64,000 bases of DNA from a virus, in IMG/VR virus record IMGVR_UViG_3300036790_000286, positions 3,319 to 67,318 of that record; one strand, 5' to 3'. Both the position numbers and the translations under genes were made by a program. This document shows positions 8,901 through 17,881 of this stretch, piece by piece; within the stretch, counting starts at the first letter, position 1, and every line of letters starts with the position of its first letter. The notes under the pieces were generated by a model, which had not been told where the DNA came from, made no database searches, and worked only from the letters and a program-made list of their open reading frames with translations.

Positions 8901-9313
8901 ACGTCCGCAACGCTGTGACCGTTCAGGGCAGCTCGCCTACGTCCGTTCTGGTGACTGGCGATGCGCAGCAAATAACCTCGGTCCCAGCAACGAATCTTCC
9001 CGCAGGAACGACCTATAACTCGATCCCGCCGGGCCAACCCGGAGGATTCGCGGTTGCCCCGCTTGCGGGTACGACCGCAAGCATCGGCGGTTCAGCGATC
9101 ACGGCTGGAAACTGCTCGACAGGAACGGCGACGATCGCTGGCGCTGTCACCACCATGACAGCTCAAGCGACTCCCGCGACCTACCCGGGCGCTCCGTTCT
9201 TCTGGAATGCCTACGTCTCGGGCTCAAACACCGTCACGGTTTCCGTGTGCACGAACTTTGCGACCGGGGGCACCCCGACCGCCTCGACTTACAACGTCCG
9301 AGTTTTGCAATAG
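5978..9313 (+). CDS. Large beta-rich tail-fibre/spike-like protein with Sec signal peptide
   Basis: MLRFPRVLLLAVALLALFAGSARA/Q; S/T/G/N-rich; 14 Cys in apparent local pairs; C-terminal VTVSVCTN...TYNVRVLQ domain. Confidence 0.65.
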   Translation: MLRFPRVLLLAVALLALFAGSARAQTPKPIPVTGNLGTITGGPQPDSYVQLTLINCSSGNPQITGYQGIVKTSYRFVADVNGNVNGTVWPNDLIDCNSTTGATLYSRQIVSEDIPVGTSLCYQVTSTQGVWNLQTQQAVSCGASPPNPMDGTYNNLNVNGIFNVKGGFTFGGASQTYQQDGTYNAFALQNPSSSNNGIAMSMAQCLTLPYACRVLAPTVYATTEIPAWEFYNWTNGGYLQYGSLAAASLQDQRFGGSFSSALNPIQMNPYEGGAANVVWGSSYGNATASQASVGYAFSATQTTSPLSGGPCLSQLYDNISQCYLYTLASNAHRYTSEGSSPFLVRSYASSPGDQVWQLGGLFGPAGWQHPFDEGQEMYSFVNTETINVYRGTVSAVSGSTVTVTPATPGAGSGEIIAGTQGDGRYLTDTTSADIVTATPTAVVANVPGQLASPAAGSTYGYFGYMTFSSIPTSSAWGTFSTAVTYPYGSKTVTFSSSGGTLASGLICVADEKVSGPAVGNFEMVNGTVSGSSVTATFHKSHPVGAVYAQGGYCGKLVEIVADTFPSGTFWSNGENSGTTTYPVRYLWPIVGSPDGATLWVFNAGPWQATPSYAGFGTTWPLATNKAVNFYNGAEVLSVAGANGDVSDNKFTLGANAANFTTSMTVQETHPARQSVNGGQITFSQFSPGGFEHGPFYNFTGRMQTAYGGVNVNNQAAWASYADGGGTWILPRAGFYGEGPWQYGLFMNDNTTLESLIGEAAATAVNNTEQHIVQMDHSQVATGDYISYVYNDTSIGGSAWDFFLRGNTSPIMRVTPGGILGTFAGQVNSNYVNVSTGAFSGYMQNWVADSNNFSGTAWQCTSGSPTVTAGQTDQWGGTTATEFHFASAGAFQCENNSSLVSGGGTPLTGSTTYSSKLSAEGAVGDEVIIVGFANHSSVANLSTSWADYTSTGSSGTTFPQFLFLMGGTAYAGETFYVRNAVTVQGSSPTSVLVTGDAQQITSVPATNLPAGTTYNSIPPGQPGGFAVAPLAGTTASIGGSAITAGNCSTGTATIAGAVTTMTAQATPATYPGAPFFWNAYVSGSNTVTVSVCTNFATGGTPTASTYNVRVLQ

Positions 9314-9340
9314 GACGGATCAGGTAAGGAAAGGACCCTT

Positions 9341-10180
9341 ATGAAAAAGGTGTTGTTTACCGCTCTCGTTGCTCTCCTGCTGGCTGCTTCAGCCAACGCG
9401 CAGTCCCGACCGCTCGGCCAGCTCCGCCCTGAGCGGGCCTATTGCTTCAACTCTTCGCTCGGGTGGATTGCGATCAGTTCGGATGGGACGGGAGGAGACT
9501 CGGTCAATTACCCGCCGGATCCGGTCGCGCTTTTCGGAAGCTACTCAGCCGGGGCTTACTACGCGCTCCAATGCGATTCGAGCGGGAACCTGATTGTAGG
9601 CGGCAGCGGCGACAGCATCACCAGTCCGAACAGCACCCTCGCGGTGGGGGGAACCGCAGGCGCAACGACACTGGACTTCAATACTCTGGCGCAGTTTTGG
9701 TCCAACGGCCCAATCAGCGGCTCTGCCGGGCTGACCCTGGTTCAGAATAAGGTCAGTTACATCGACATCACTGTTCCCGTCGCGATCAGTGTGGGGCATA
9801 TTACTGTTCAGGTAGTTACAGCGGATAATTCGTCCAACCTTTACAACGTAGCGCTCTACCCAACGACAGGCGGATCTGCCCCTCTCGTTCAGTGGGGTCC
9901 TACGGCCGGAACGGCGCTGGGATCCTCCGCGAATACCCCAGCCACGATTGCAACGACCGCTACGGTGAAGGTTTATCCCGGCACCTATCTCCTCACGGTC
10001 ACGACAAATTGTGCCTCGGCGTGCGCCACCTTCTCAGGCACGTCCTCTGCGGCCTTCACCCGGTTCAATCAGAGCGGTACCGGAACGACGACTGGGGCGG
10101 CTTTCGGAACGCTGTCGTCTGTCCCTGTGGCCTTCCATCAGTGGGGAACGGGCGGCGTTGCCATCATCCTCAGCAACTGA
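9341..10180 (+). CDS. Secreted beta-rich structural-like protein
   Basis: AAGGA SD; MKKVLFTALVALLLAASANA/Q; 4 Cys. Confidence 0.65.
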   Translation: MKKVLFTALVALLLAASANAQSRPLGQLRPERAYCFNSSLGWIAISSDGTGGDSVNYPPDPVALFGSYSAGAYYALQCDSSGNLIVGGSGDSITSPNSTLAVGGTAGATTLDFNTLAQFWSNGPISGSAGLTLVQNKVSYIDITVPVAISVGHITVQVVTADNSSNLYNVALYPTTGGSAPLVQWGPTAGTALGSSANTPATIATTATVKVYPGTYLLTVTTNCASACATFSGTSSAAFTRFNQSGTGTTTGAAFGTLSSVPVAFHQWGTGGVAIILSN

Positions 10181-10199
10181 CGGGGTGCTCGAACTCCTT

Positions 10200-10212
10200 A
10201 TGGTAATCTCTG
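10200..10212 (+). promoter_or_regulatory. Late promoter-like motif (2/8)
   Basis: Exact ATGGTAATCTCTG upstream of the lysis cassette. Confidence 0.8.
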
Positions 10213-10246
10213 CCGCGCACGGGGCCAGATTCGGAGAGGAGCCTGG

Positions 10247-10576
10247 GTGTTCGATTGGGCAAACGCAGCTGCAACGGTGGGGGCGGTAGTTGTCGTTCAG
10301 GTGATTGCTCACGTCGCCGGATCCGCAGCGCAGCGGCAGGTTGTCAAGAACATGCAGGAGATTCAGCGGGATCACGACGCCAGGCTTAAGGCTCACGACG
10401 AAGAATTCAAAGCCCTGCCACGAGATTTCGTACCCCGCGTGGAACTTGTTGCCCAGATGCAGTCCATCCGGGAATCCCAGACGCGCAGCGAAATGATCCT
10501 GTTGCGGATGCTGCTCCACAGGGCCGGGATGGGCGATGACAAAGATCTGGCGCTCACAGCTTTAGGGGGAGGGTAA
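10247..10576 (+). CDS. Membrane-anchored coiled-coil protein (lysis cassette, holin/antiholin-like)
   Basis: GAGGAG SD, GTG start, N-terminal hydrophobic segment followed by a coiled coil. Confidence 0.55.
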   Translation: MFDWANAAATVGAVVVVQVIAHVAGSAAQRQVVKNMQEIQRDHDARLKAHDEEFKALPRDFVPRVELVAQMQSIRESQTRSEMILLRMLLHRAGMGDDKDLALTALGGG

Positions 10577-10581
10577 AGACC

Positions 10582-10872
10582 ATGCACTTCGCGCAATTCG
10601 CAATCATCGCCGCTGTGGTCGCAGGGATCGGCATTACCCCGCTGATGTGGAAAGGCATCATCGCGTTTGTGATCTACGTCGGCAAAGCCGAGTACAGCAA
10701 TTCTCCTGAGCCCGGCGTGAAGTGGAGCTGGGAAGTCTTCTACGCATGGCAGCGCGGCACGATCGGGACGATGCTCAACGAGCGCACGCACCAGGAGGCG
10801 AACCCGACGATGCTCTATCCGTCAACGCCCGCAGCCGTCCCGGCCGCGCCTGCGTCCACTACAACCCGATAA
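10582..10872 (+). CDS. Putative holin-like membrane protein
   Basis: Hydrophobic N-terminal half; GGAGG SD; lysis-region position. Confidence 0.5.
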   Translation: MHFAQFAIIAAVVAGIGITPLMWKGIIAFVIYVGKAEYSNSPEPGVKWSWEVFYAWQRGTIGTMLNERTHQEANPTMLYPSTPAAVPAAPASTTTR

Positions 10873-10906
10873 CCGCCGCCCACCCGCGGTCAGAAAGGAA
10901 ACACCA

Positions 10907-11416
10907 ATGAAAAGTTTTCTCAGTTGCGTGTTGCTCTCCCTCGGATCTCTCGTCGCTGCGGCCCAGACCGCTCCTGCGCCAGCTGCTCCCACTGCCGCGC
11001 AGAACATCTATGCCGGCGGACTTTCCTATGACGTCGGCGGAAGTCCGGCGATCGCGGGTACCGCTCTCTATGCGCGGAACCTCAACACCGGGGCAACCCT
11101 GCCGACTTACGCCTTCACCGTGATCGACGCGCTTCCAGAATCCGTGAAGCCGTTCACCGTCTCCACCAACGTGGGCGCCGGCATTGCGCAACAGGTGGCG
11201 AAGGTCGGAAACGTAACTGTCTGGATGCCCACAGCCGCGGGAATCTCCTGGACCGGCACGAATATGGGCTTTCAGTGGAACGGCGGCGCGGGTGCCACCA
11301 TTCCCATCAAGGGCAGTTACGGCCTGATGCCTTCGATTCGCTTCCTCAAATCGAGCGTGAACGGCGGCAGCGGGTACCAGCTGATCCCGGGTCTCCTGTT
11401 CTATTGGGGGAAGTAA
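10907..11416 (+). CDS. Secreted protein, possibly a small outer-membrane beta-barrel
   Basis: MKSFLSCVLLSLGSLVAAA/Q; alternating amphipathic strands; aromatic C-terminus GLLFYWGK. Confidence 0.55.
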   Translation: MKSFLSCVLLSLGSLVAAAQTAPAPAAPTAAQNIYAGGLSYDVGGSPAIAGTALYARNLNTGATLPTYAFTVIDALPESVKPFTVSTNVGAGIAQQVAKVGNVTVWMPTAAGISWTGTNMGFQWNGGAGATIPIKGSYGLMPSIRFLKSSVNGGSGYQLIPGLLFYWGK

Positions 11417-11420
11417 TCCC

Positions 11421-12230
11421 GTGTCTCGGAACAGCACGATAGCGACGGTTACGGGCTGCTGCTGCGCAGTAGCCCTTTCCTCGTTTCTGTGCTGGTTCCT
11501 GTATCAGGAGCGGCAGGACTCCCGCGCCGTAACCTCGAGCGCCACAGCCGCCGTTTCATTGATCGCCAAACAGCTCACGAAAAACGCCGATGGCTTCGAC
11601 CAGACCCGCGCGGTGCTGACTGCGGTGGTCACGGAATTCACCCGGCCCTGCCAGGGGCGCGGCGATGACCCGAATAAATGCGGACTGCTGGCGCAGGTGA
11701 AGGCGACGGCGATCCGCCTTGGGGACGCTGTAGTTACAACGCAATTACAGGTTAAGAACAGCCAGCGCATTATGAACGCGGCTGCCGACGCGCTTACCGG
11801 CGCCGCCGCGGACGTCCACAGCGCGACGATCCATGCCGATGGGGCCGTCGATGAGTTGCAGACTGACCTCGACACCGGCAACAGATACTCTCCGGTGTCC
11901 GGGCTCAACGTCGCCGTCGCGGGCTGGGGCGAAACGGGGACGGACTTCCACAAGCTGCTGACCGACCCGGACAGCAACGTGAATGTCATGTTCGCGAACG
12001 CGAATGGCGCACTGGGCCACTTCAACCACATGGCCGCCGACTCCGACCTGAAGTGGCACGCGCTCCTGTTCCCGCCGCCCTGCCACAGTCTCGGATGCCA
12101 TGCTCTCCAGATCGTAAACGGCGTGCGTGTTGCCGTCGGCGTTGTTGCCCCAGCTGCCGACCTGAACGAAATGTTCAGAGGGGAGCTGATTCGCGGGACT
12201 ATCACCGTCAAGCAGGAGCCGCAACCGTGA
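11421..12230 (+). CDS. Inner-membrane-anchored helical protein (spanin-like)
   Basis: N-terminal TM segment, long Ala-rich helical periplasmic region, Cys pairs. Confidence 0.45.
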   Translation: MSRNSTIATVTGCCCAVALSSFLCWFLYQERQDSRAVTSSATAAVSLIAKQLTKNADGFDQTRAVLTAVVTEFTRPCQGRGDDPNKCGLLAQVKATAIRLGDAVVTTQLQVKNSQRIMNAAADALTGAAADVHSATIHADGAVDELQTDLDTGNRYSPVSGLNVAVAGWGETGTDFHKLLTDPDSNVNVMFANANGALGHFNHMAADSDLKWHALLFPPPCHSLGCHALQIVNGVRVAVGVVAPAADLNEMFRGELIRGTITVKQEPQP

Positions 12231-12397
12231 TCAACCGCTACGACATCCTCGGCGCGCTAACCTTCCTCGCATTCGGAGTGCTGTTTATCATCGCCTGCCT
12301 TCTCGGGCGGAAGCGCGAATGTTCCCTTTGCGGCGGTGATGGGCGTAACCCGTGGGGTGGCAAATGCCAGGTTTGCGGAGGGAAGGGCAAGATATGA
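12227..12397 (+). CDS. TM peptide with DnaJ-type CxxCxGxG zinc finger
   Basis: GTG 12227 overlaps the previous stop; ILGALTFLAFGVLFIIACLL + CSLCGGDG...CQVCGGKG. Confidence 0.55.
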   Translation: MINRYDILGALTFLAFGVLFIIACLLGRKRECSLCGGDGRNPWGGKCQVCGGKGKI

Positions 12398-12882
12398 CCC
12401 CCGAGGGACAGCGTTTCATTGATCTACTGACACCGGACATGGTGCGCGCCTTCTTCCTGTTGTGCTGGAACGCCGATAGCTACGAGAAACTCGCGCCGAC
12501 GATTGGGGCGAATCCAGAAGCACTGGAAGTGATGGCAGAGAGAATGTTCGAGCGCGCGGGGGTGGACTCTCGCCTCGGGCTGTTGCTGTTCGCAGTGAGA
12601 AACGGCATCGGACCCACGACGCTTGAGTCCCCAACCGAATCCAGCCCATGGAAGAGCTTTCGCGCCTACTTCAACCGAAAGTCGGAGGCCCCGCAGGTCT
12701 GGTCGGTGGATGAAGGCACCCAGGAATCTGAGGTCAACGTGAAGGAATACCTCATCCCTCCAGGATGCGGCGCGCAATCGCACTGGAACGATACGCCGGC
12801 AAACAATGACACCCCCGCGGCCTGGATCACTGTCACAGCGCGCGGGTACAAGATAATCGGCGGGACACTCATCTTCTACTGA
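12394..12882 (+). CDS. LuxR-like HTH domain fused to an unknown C-terminal domain
   Basis: LTP...SYEKLAPTIG...MFERAGVDSRLGLLLFAVRNGI resembles LuxR_C; ATGA coupling. Confidence 0.55.
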   Translation: MTPEGQRFIDLLTPDMVRAFFLLCWNADSYEKLAPTIGANPEALEVMAERMFERAGVDSRLGLLLFAVRNGIGPTTLESPTESSPWKSFRAYFNRKSEAPQVWSVDEGTQESEVNVKEYLIPPGCGAQSHWNDTPANNDTPAAWITVTARGYKIIGGTLIFY

Positions 12883-12917
12883 CGCCGCGCGCAACCGGCT
12901 TCCCTTTTTGGTGGCTA

Positions 12918-12930
12918 ATGGTAATCTCTG
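12918..12930 (+). promoter_or_regulatory. Late promoter-like motif (3/8)
   Basis: Exact 13-mer, 6 nt before the endolysin ATG; no SD. Confidence 0.8.
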
Positions 12931-12936
12931 CCGCGC

Positions 12937-13455
12937 ATGGCCGAGCTTCAGCCCACAGACGCAGGTAGCAACATCTACCTCCCGCCATTTCTTGACCTCG
13001 TGGCGTGGTCCGAGGGCACATCGCGTAACCCTGCGACGAAGAACGACGGCTACGACGTGATCGTCACCAGCCACACCGGAATCCCGGAAATCTTCACCGA
13101 CTACACCGACCATCCGTTCGATCAGGGACGGGCGCCGGTTCTGGTTCGGGCTGGCAGTGCTGGGGGGAGGCCGCTCTACTCCGACGCCGCTGGCCGATAT
13201 CAGGAGATGCTGAAAATCTGGCGGGCCTACCGCAGCCAGCTGAACCTTCCCGACTTCTCCCCCCGCTCTCAGGACCTCATCGCGCGCCAGCTCATCAGCG
13301 ACTGCAACGCGCTCCATCTGATCGCAGGCGGAGAAATCGGCGCTGCCATCACAGCCTGCTCGAAGGAGTGGGCCAGCTTCCCGGGAAACAGCTACGGGCA
13401 GGGCAATAACTCGATGGACGCTCTGCTTGCCAAATATGCAGAACTGAAGGGGTAA
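12937..13455 (+). CDS. Endolysin, lambda R-type lytic transglycosylase (GH104)
   Basis: FLDLVAWSEGT, GYDVIV, FTDYTDHP, SDAAGRYQ, LPDFSPRSQD, EWASFPGNSYGQ all match lambda R motifs. Confidence 0.92.
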   Translation: MAELQPTDAGSNIYLPPFLDLVAWSEGTSRNPATKNDGYDVIVTSHTGIPEIFTDYTDHPFDQGRAPVLVRAGSAGGRPLYSDAAGRYQEMLKIWRAYRSQLNLPDFSPRSQDLIARQLISDCNALHLIAGGEIGAAITACSKEWASFPGNSYGQGNNSMDALLAKYAELKG

Positions 13456-13460
13456 CGACG

Positions 13461-13925
13461 ATGATTCCAGGCACTCAGGGAAAAATGCCGCCGCCTGCGC
13501 AACCGATGCAGAACACGGCGCGCCCAATGCCAGCCAAACCCGCCATGGCCAGCCCCGAAGACAGACTGCGCCAGGCGCTGGGCCTCAGAGCCGGCGAACC
13601 AATCCCTGAGCAGCTGATGCAGCAGGTTCTGGCCGGGGACCGCGGGCCGGAGATGCAGAAGATGGGGCAGGAAGCCAAGGCCGCGCCCGGGAATTCGATG
13701 CCCGGCCGCCCCGACAGCCAGCAACAGGTACCAGCCGCCAAGCCGCCGATGGATGACGCGAGACGCTTCTTCGGCGGCCGCCCTTCCGCAGCGCCCCCGC
13801 CCCCGATGGCGAACGGATCGGGTGGTCAGGACATGAGCCCTGCGCAACCCGGCATGGACGATGACGATGAGGACGACACGAACGGACCGCCGAACGCGCG
13901 GGCCATCTTCGGAGGGAGGAGATAG
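13461..13925 (+). CDS. Pro/Met-rich low-complexity protein
   Basis: Fills the operon between neighbours; repeated ARRFFGGR/ARAIFGGR. Confidence 0.55.
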   Translation: MIPGTQGKMPPPAQPMQNTARPMPAKPAMASPEDRLRQALGLRAGEPIPEQLMQQVLAGDRGPEMQKMGQEAKAAPGNSMPGRPDSQQQVPAAKPPMDDARRFFGGRPSAAPPPPMANGSGGQDMSPAQPGMDDDDEDDTNGPPNARAIFGGRR

Positions 13926-13927
13926 CG

Positions 13928-14299
13928 ATGCCGGCAAAACAACTCATCGCCGTAACCGCTGCCGCCTATGTCACCGTCTCTGCCACGATCTTCTCGCAGT
14001 ACGTCGAGATCCAGGAAGACGCCTCCGGCTCGGCCGCAGGCCTTGAGGTGACATTCCCGGACGACAACTTTACCCAGGCTTACGAATATCAGCCCTCCGC
14101 GCAGCCCATCAAGATTGGCACTCCCATCGTCACGGGAAAGTCCGGGAGCGCGCGACTGGTTGGGAAACCCGATCGCACCGTCTCTGTGCCCAGCAGCGTC
14201 ACGGGCAAGTACGTCAACGTCGATGAACCCGCCACGATCTATTGCAAGGTGAAATCGCTGGGGGCGAACACGAACATTCGCGTGGATGAGAGGCCCTAA
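13928..14299 (+). CDS. Hypothetical beta-rich protein
   Basis: GGAG SD; tight packing. Confidence 0.6.
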   Translation: MPAKQLIAVTAAAYVTVSATIFSQYVEIQEDASGSAAGLEVTFPDDNFTQAYEYQPSAQPIKIGTPIVTGKSGSARLVGKPDRTVSVPSSVTGKYVNVDEPATIYCKVKSLGANTNIRVDERP

Positions 14300-14302
14300 C
14301 GA

Positions 14303-14764
14303 ATGTGGGAGTTCCCCTTCCTTTCGCTGCGGTCACACCGTGAAACGCTTGCGGCAAAAGACGAGACGATTGCAATCCAACAGGAGACGATTGCCAACTT
14401 AACGGCTTCCCTTCATGCGTTTGATTCCCTCATCGAATCGCTGAAACCAAAGGCCCAGGTTCCTGTCCCCGCAAGGGAAAGAGAGCGGACACCCCGCGCG
14501 CCAGCCATCGACTACGCGGCCCTTGACCCCGATAACAACGAACAGCTGGTAAGCGCGGCATTGGCAGAGATGGGGCCTGGCAAACACAACGTGGTACGCC
14601 TCCAACAGAGGGTCCAGCACATTCGGCGCACCATCATCGCGGCACAGAAAGAGAGAGAGCGTCGCGCCCTTGAACCGGGGCCGCCGATTCCCGCGGCAAT
14701 CGAGCAGCTCATCGAGGAAACCTTGGCGCAGGGAGAATCGGCCGGCGCGGAAATGGTGGCCTAG
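14303..14764 (+). CDS. Hypothetical coiled-coil protein upstream of portal
   Basis: Tight packing; helical composition. Confidence 0.6.
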   Translation: MWEFPFLSLRSHRETLAAKDETIAIQQETIANLTASLHAFDSLIESLKPKAQVPVPARERERTPRAPAIDYAALDPDNNEQLVSAALAEMGPGKHNVVRLQQRVQHIRRTIIAAQKERERRALEPGPPIPAAIEQLIEETLAQGESAGAEMVA

Positions 14765-14767
14765 CCC

Positions 14768-17206
14768 GTGGCCTCAACCGCTGTCGTTCCCACCGCCAAA
14801 CTCGGAAGCAGTGCGCAGCTCGAGGACCAGCGCACGTCCTCCATCGAACCATCCCAGGACAATCCGCAGGAGGGGACCGGGGAAGAGGCTGCCGCCGCCG
14901 CCGAGCTTACTAAGGAGCAGGAACAGGCGCTGCTCGAAGTTCGGCGGATGTACAAGGATAATTGGGCACCGAAACGCAACGTCTTCCTGCGTCGCGCCCT
15001 GCGGGCCTTCGAAGTCCTGAAGAACAACCCTTACATCCTCTACAACGAAACCACCGTCGATTACGACTCTCTGGCCATGATCCTGCAGGGACAGGCGGGC
15101 AAAGAGGACATCGACTTATACCAATATCAGGACAACATTTACCAGATGCTGGCGCTGTCGTTCATCGCGGCCCTGAGCGTCGACAACGCGACAACTCGCT
15201 ACCAGCCTGTGGACGCGCAGAACGAAGAAGACATTGTGATCGCCAAGAAGGCGAGCACCATCCACGATCACAACGAGCGCAGAAATGGTAAAGAAGCGCT
15301 CCAGCAGCTGGAGCTTCTCTATATTTGGTGCGCGGGCAGTTACTTCACTTATGTCCGCCAGATCATTGATCGGAACCGCGCCGGGGTTTCTAAACAGCCG
15401 ATCATGGAGATGCAGGAGCAGATGGTCGCTCCTAACCGTTATATCTGCCCAAACTGCGGAGCGGTGATCCCTGAGACCCAGCTGAATCCGTTTGGAACGC
15501 CCACCTGTCCTAACTGCCGGGGACCGCTGGGCGACGCAGACTGGTTCGAATCGCAATCTATTCCGATGCCGACTAAGGTTGGGGAAGTCGAAACCCCCAA
15601 TGGAATGACCGCTTTCAACGTGTACAGCGGTTTGAATGTCGACGCGGATCCCGACGCGCAGGAGTTGTACGAGTCCCCGCTGATCGACCTCGAGGTGGAA
15701 GTTCCGCTCGCCTCGGTTCGTGCGCAGTTCCCGGCAATGTACAACGTGCTCCAGCCGAGCACCACCGGCGATGGGACGGCCGACGGCGATTATGGCAAGA
15801 AGGCGCGCAAGCAAATTACGTCTCCCGCCGGCATCGGGCCATCTCTGGTAGGCAAGGACAACGGCACCTACTCCCGGTGCTGGATGCAGCCCGACGCCTT
15901 CTACATCCTTGACGACAAGGTGATGGCCGACTCTCTGAAAGAGAAATTCCCCAACGGGGTACGGTTGGTCAGCTACGTCGGTGAAATCTTCCTGCAGGCC
16001 GTTCCCGAACGGATGATGGATCACTGGAGCTGGTGCCCAACGATCAAAGGCTTGGGGCTCTACCCGTTCGGCGCAGGGGACGCGGCCCTCGACATCCAGG
16101 CGCGCATCAACGATGCCGCAAACACCATCCACGCCTACCTTGATCGCCTGGCCTTCGGCACTATCCTGGCCGATCAGGACTATATCGACGTCGCCGCGCT
16201 GGACCAAAAAGCGCTCATCCCCGGTAACTTCACGGGGGTTAGCCGCACCGATGAGGACACGGGCGTAAGTAAGCCGCTGAGTGATTTGCTCTTCCAGCCG
16301 GAATTCCACATCGACAGCAAAATCTATGAGTATGAGCCAAACCTGATCCAGCTCGCCCAGGTTATCTCCGGGGTTCAGCCGCAGGTATTCGGGGGCAGTG
16401 ACCCGAACGTTCAGACCGCATCCGGACAGAAGCAGGCGCTCAATACTGCGACGGGTCGGCTGATGCTTTACCTGAAGCGCATTCGCGAGGAGCGCGCCGC
16501 CCGCGCCAAAAACTCCGTCCAGTGCACCGTCGACAACATGGACGACGAGATGAAGATGGTGATGGACGGGGAAACCGACGGGGACTACCGCACGGAAACC
16601 CTGCTCAAGAATGAGCTGACCGGCGATTTTCTGGCTTACCCGGAGGACGAAGAAGGATTCCCGTCCACCTATCAGGAGATACAGGCTCGAATTACGGAGC
16701 TGCTGACCCAGGGAGCGAAGAGCCCCTTCCTCGCCGCCATTCTTTCGGATCCCGATACGCAACGGGTGGTCGCCCGCTACATCCTCCCCGACGAAATCAA
16801 ATTGCCCGGGGATGCGGAGCGGGCGCGGGTCAAGATCATCCTGCACCAGTTGTCGCAGTCCAAGCCGCGGATGGTGCCGGGCCCGACCGGCCACCCCATG
16901 GTCCTGCCGTCCATTATGCCGAACCCGGACTTTGACGACATGCAGATGGCGGTGATGCTCACGAAGAACTGGTTGCAACAGAACTGGCAGATGCAGGAGA
17001 AGAAGCCGAAAGCCTTTGCCAACGTCCTGGCATTCCTGCGGATCTGCGCTCAGATGAACGCGCAGAACCAGATAAAGATGCAGCTGATGGCCCAGGCTGC
17101 TGCCGGCGGTGGCGCACCTGGACCAGGCGGTCCCGGTGCCGGCCCGCGTCCAATCCCGCGTCTCGGACCTGGTGGTCCGCCTCCGCCGGGAGGTCCGCCG
17201 CAGTGA
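14768..17206 (+). CDS. Portal protein (P22-like) with inserted Zn ribbon
   Basis: 812 aa upstream of scaffold and capsid; DIQARINDAAN, ISGVQPQVFGG...QTASGQKQ motifs; Q/P-rich tail; CPNC...CPNC insert. Confidence 0.8.
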   Translation: MASTAVVPTAKLGSSAQLEDQRTSSIEPSQDNPQEGTGEEAAAAAELTKEQEQALLEVRRMYKDNWAPKRNVFLRRALRAFEVLKNNPYILYNETTVDYDSLAMILQGQAGKEDIDLYQYQDNIYQMLALSFIAALSVDNATTRYQPVDAQNEEDIVIAKKASTIHDHNERRNGKEALQQLELLYIWCAGSYFTYVRQIIDRNRAGVSKQPIMEMQEQMVAPNRYICPNCGAVIPETQLNPFGTPTCPNCRGPLGDADWFESQSIPMPTKVGEVETPNGMTAFNVYSGLNVDADPDAQELYESPLIDLEVEVPLASVRAQFPAMYNVLQPSTTGDGTADGDYGKKARKQITSPAGIGPSLVGKDNGTYSRCWMQPDAFYILDDKVMADSLKEKFPNGVRLVSYVGEIFLQAVPERMMDHWSWCPTIKGLGLYPFGAGDAALDIQARINDAANTIHAYLDRLAFGTILADQDYIDVAALDQKALIPGNFTGVSRTDEDTGVSKPLSDLLFQPEFHIDSKIYEYEPNLIQLAQVISGVQPQVFGGSDPNVQTASGQKQALNTATGRLMLYLKRIREERAARAKNSVQCTVDNMDDEMKMVMDGETDGDYRTETLLKNELTGDFLAYPEDEEGFPSTYQEIQARITELLTQGAKSPFLAAILSDPDTQRVVARYILPDEIKLPGDAERARVKIILHQLSQSKPRMVPGPTGHPMVLPSIMPNPDFDDMQMAVMLTKNWLQQNWQMQEKKPKAFANVLAFLRICAQMNAQNQIKMQLMAQAAAGGGAPGPGGPGAGPRPIPRLGPGGPPPPGGPPQ

Positions 17207-17823
17207 GCCGGAAGATGATCGCCGTGATCTGCCGGCACGGCGAGACGGATCTGAATGCCGGCAACCGTTTTCGCGGTTGGCTGGACGTGCCGCTTGATTC
17301 GGCCGGAGAAGAGCAGGCAGAGGCGGCGGCATCGTTTCTGACGCTCCAGTACGACATAAAGCGCATCATTTCCAGCCCACTGCTCCGCGCGTTCACCACC
17401 GCGCAACTATTCTCGAAAATGGCAGAGCTGCCCGTTTCTCAGGACCGCGGCCTTTTGCCCTGGCACGTCGGGATACTGTCCGGGCTGCCAAAGAACGAAG
17501 CCATGCCGGCGCTGAAACTTTTCGTTCAAAACCCCCATGTGAGCATCCCGAACGGAGAGAGCCTTCAGGACTTCGAGACGCGCGCGTGTGAGTTCTACAC
17601 CCGCGAATTCAAAGAGGCGGAGAGTGAAGGGCTGACCGCGATGTTCGCGCACACCTCGAACGTCACCGTGCTTGAAAATCTGGTCTCTGGCTGCCGCGGC
17701 GGAGAACCGGAATCGGGAGAAACGGTCAAGCCGGGCGGGATCTGCGCGGTCTGGTTCGACGGTGAAAAGTACGAGGTGGAACCCGTCTTCGGCAAGCCCG
17801 AGGCTGCAAACTACGGCAGCTGA
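17203..17823 (+). CDS. Histidine phosphatase (PGAM family)
   Basis: RHGETDLN, GWLDVPL, SSPLLRAFTTA, PNGES and second His (FAHTS). Confidence 0.9.
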   Translation: MSRKMIAVICRHGETDLNAGNRFRGWLDVPLDSAGEEQAEAAASFLTLQYDIKRIISSPLLRAFTTAQLFSKMAELPVSQDRGLLPWHVGILSGLPKNEAMPALKLFVQNPHVSIPNGESLQDFETRACEFYTREFKEAESEGLTAMFAHTSNVTVLENLVSGCRGGEPESGETVKPGGICAVWFDGEKYEVEPVFGKPEAANYGS

Positions 17824-17834
17824 AAGCGCTGGTA

Positions 17835-17845
17835 ATGGTAATCTC
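17835..17845 (+). promoter_or_regulatory. Late promoter-like motif, variant (4/8)
   Basis: ATGGTAATCTC followed by CCCCGCGC; intergenic. Confidence 0.65.
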
Positions 17846-17881
17846 CCCCGCGCAGTAAACCTACTTACGCAGGAGAGAGCA

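Noticed and set aside
15116-17332. Long antisense ORFs (738 aa here; also 26421-27968, 42893-44281, 7442-8626)
   Set aside because: Shadows of GC3-rich genes on the opposite strand, with no motifs.
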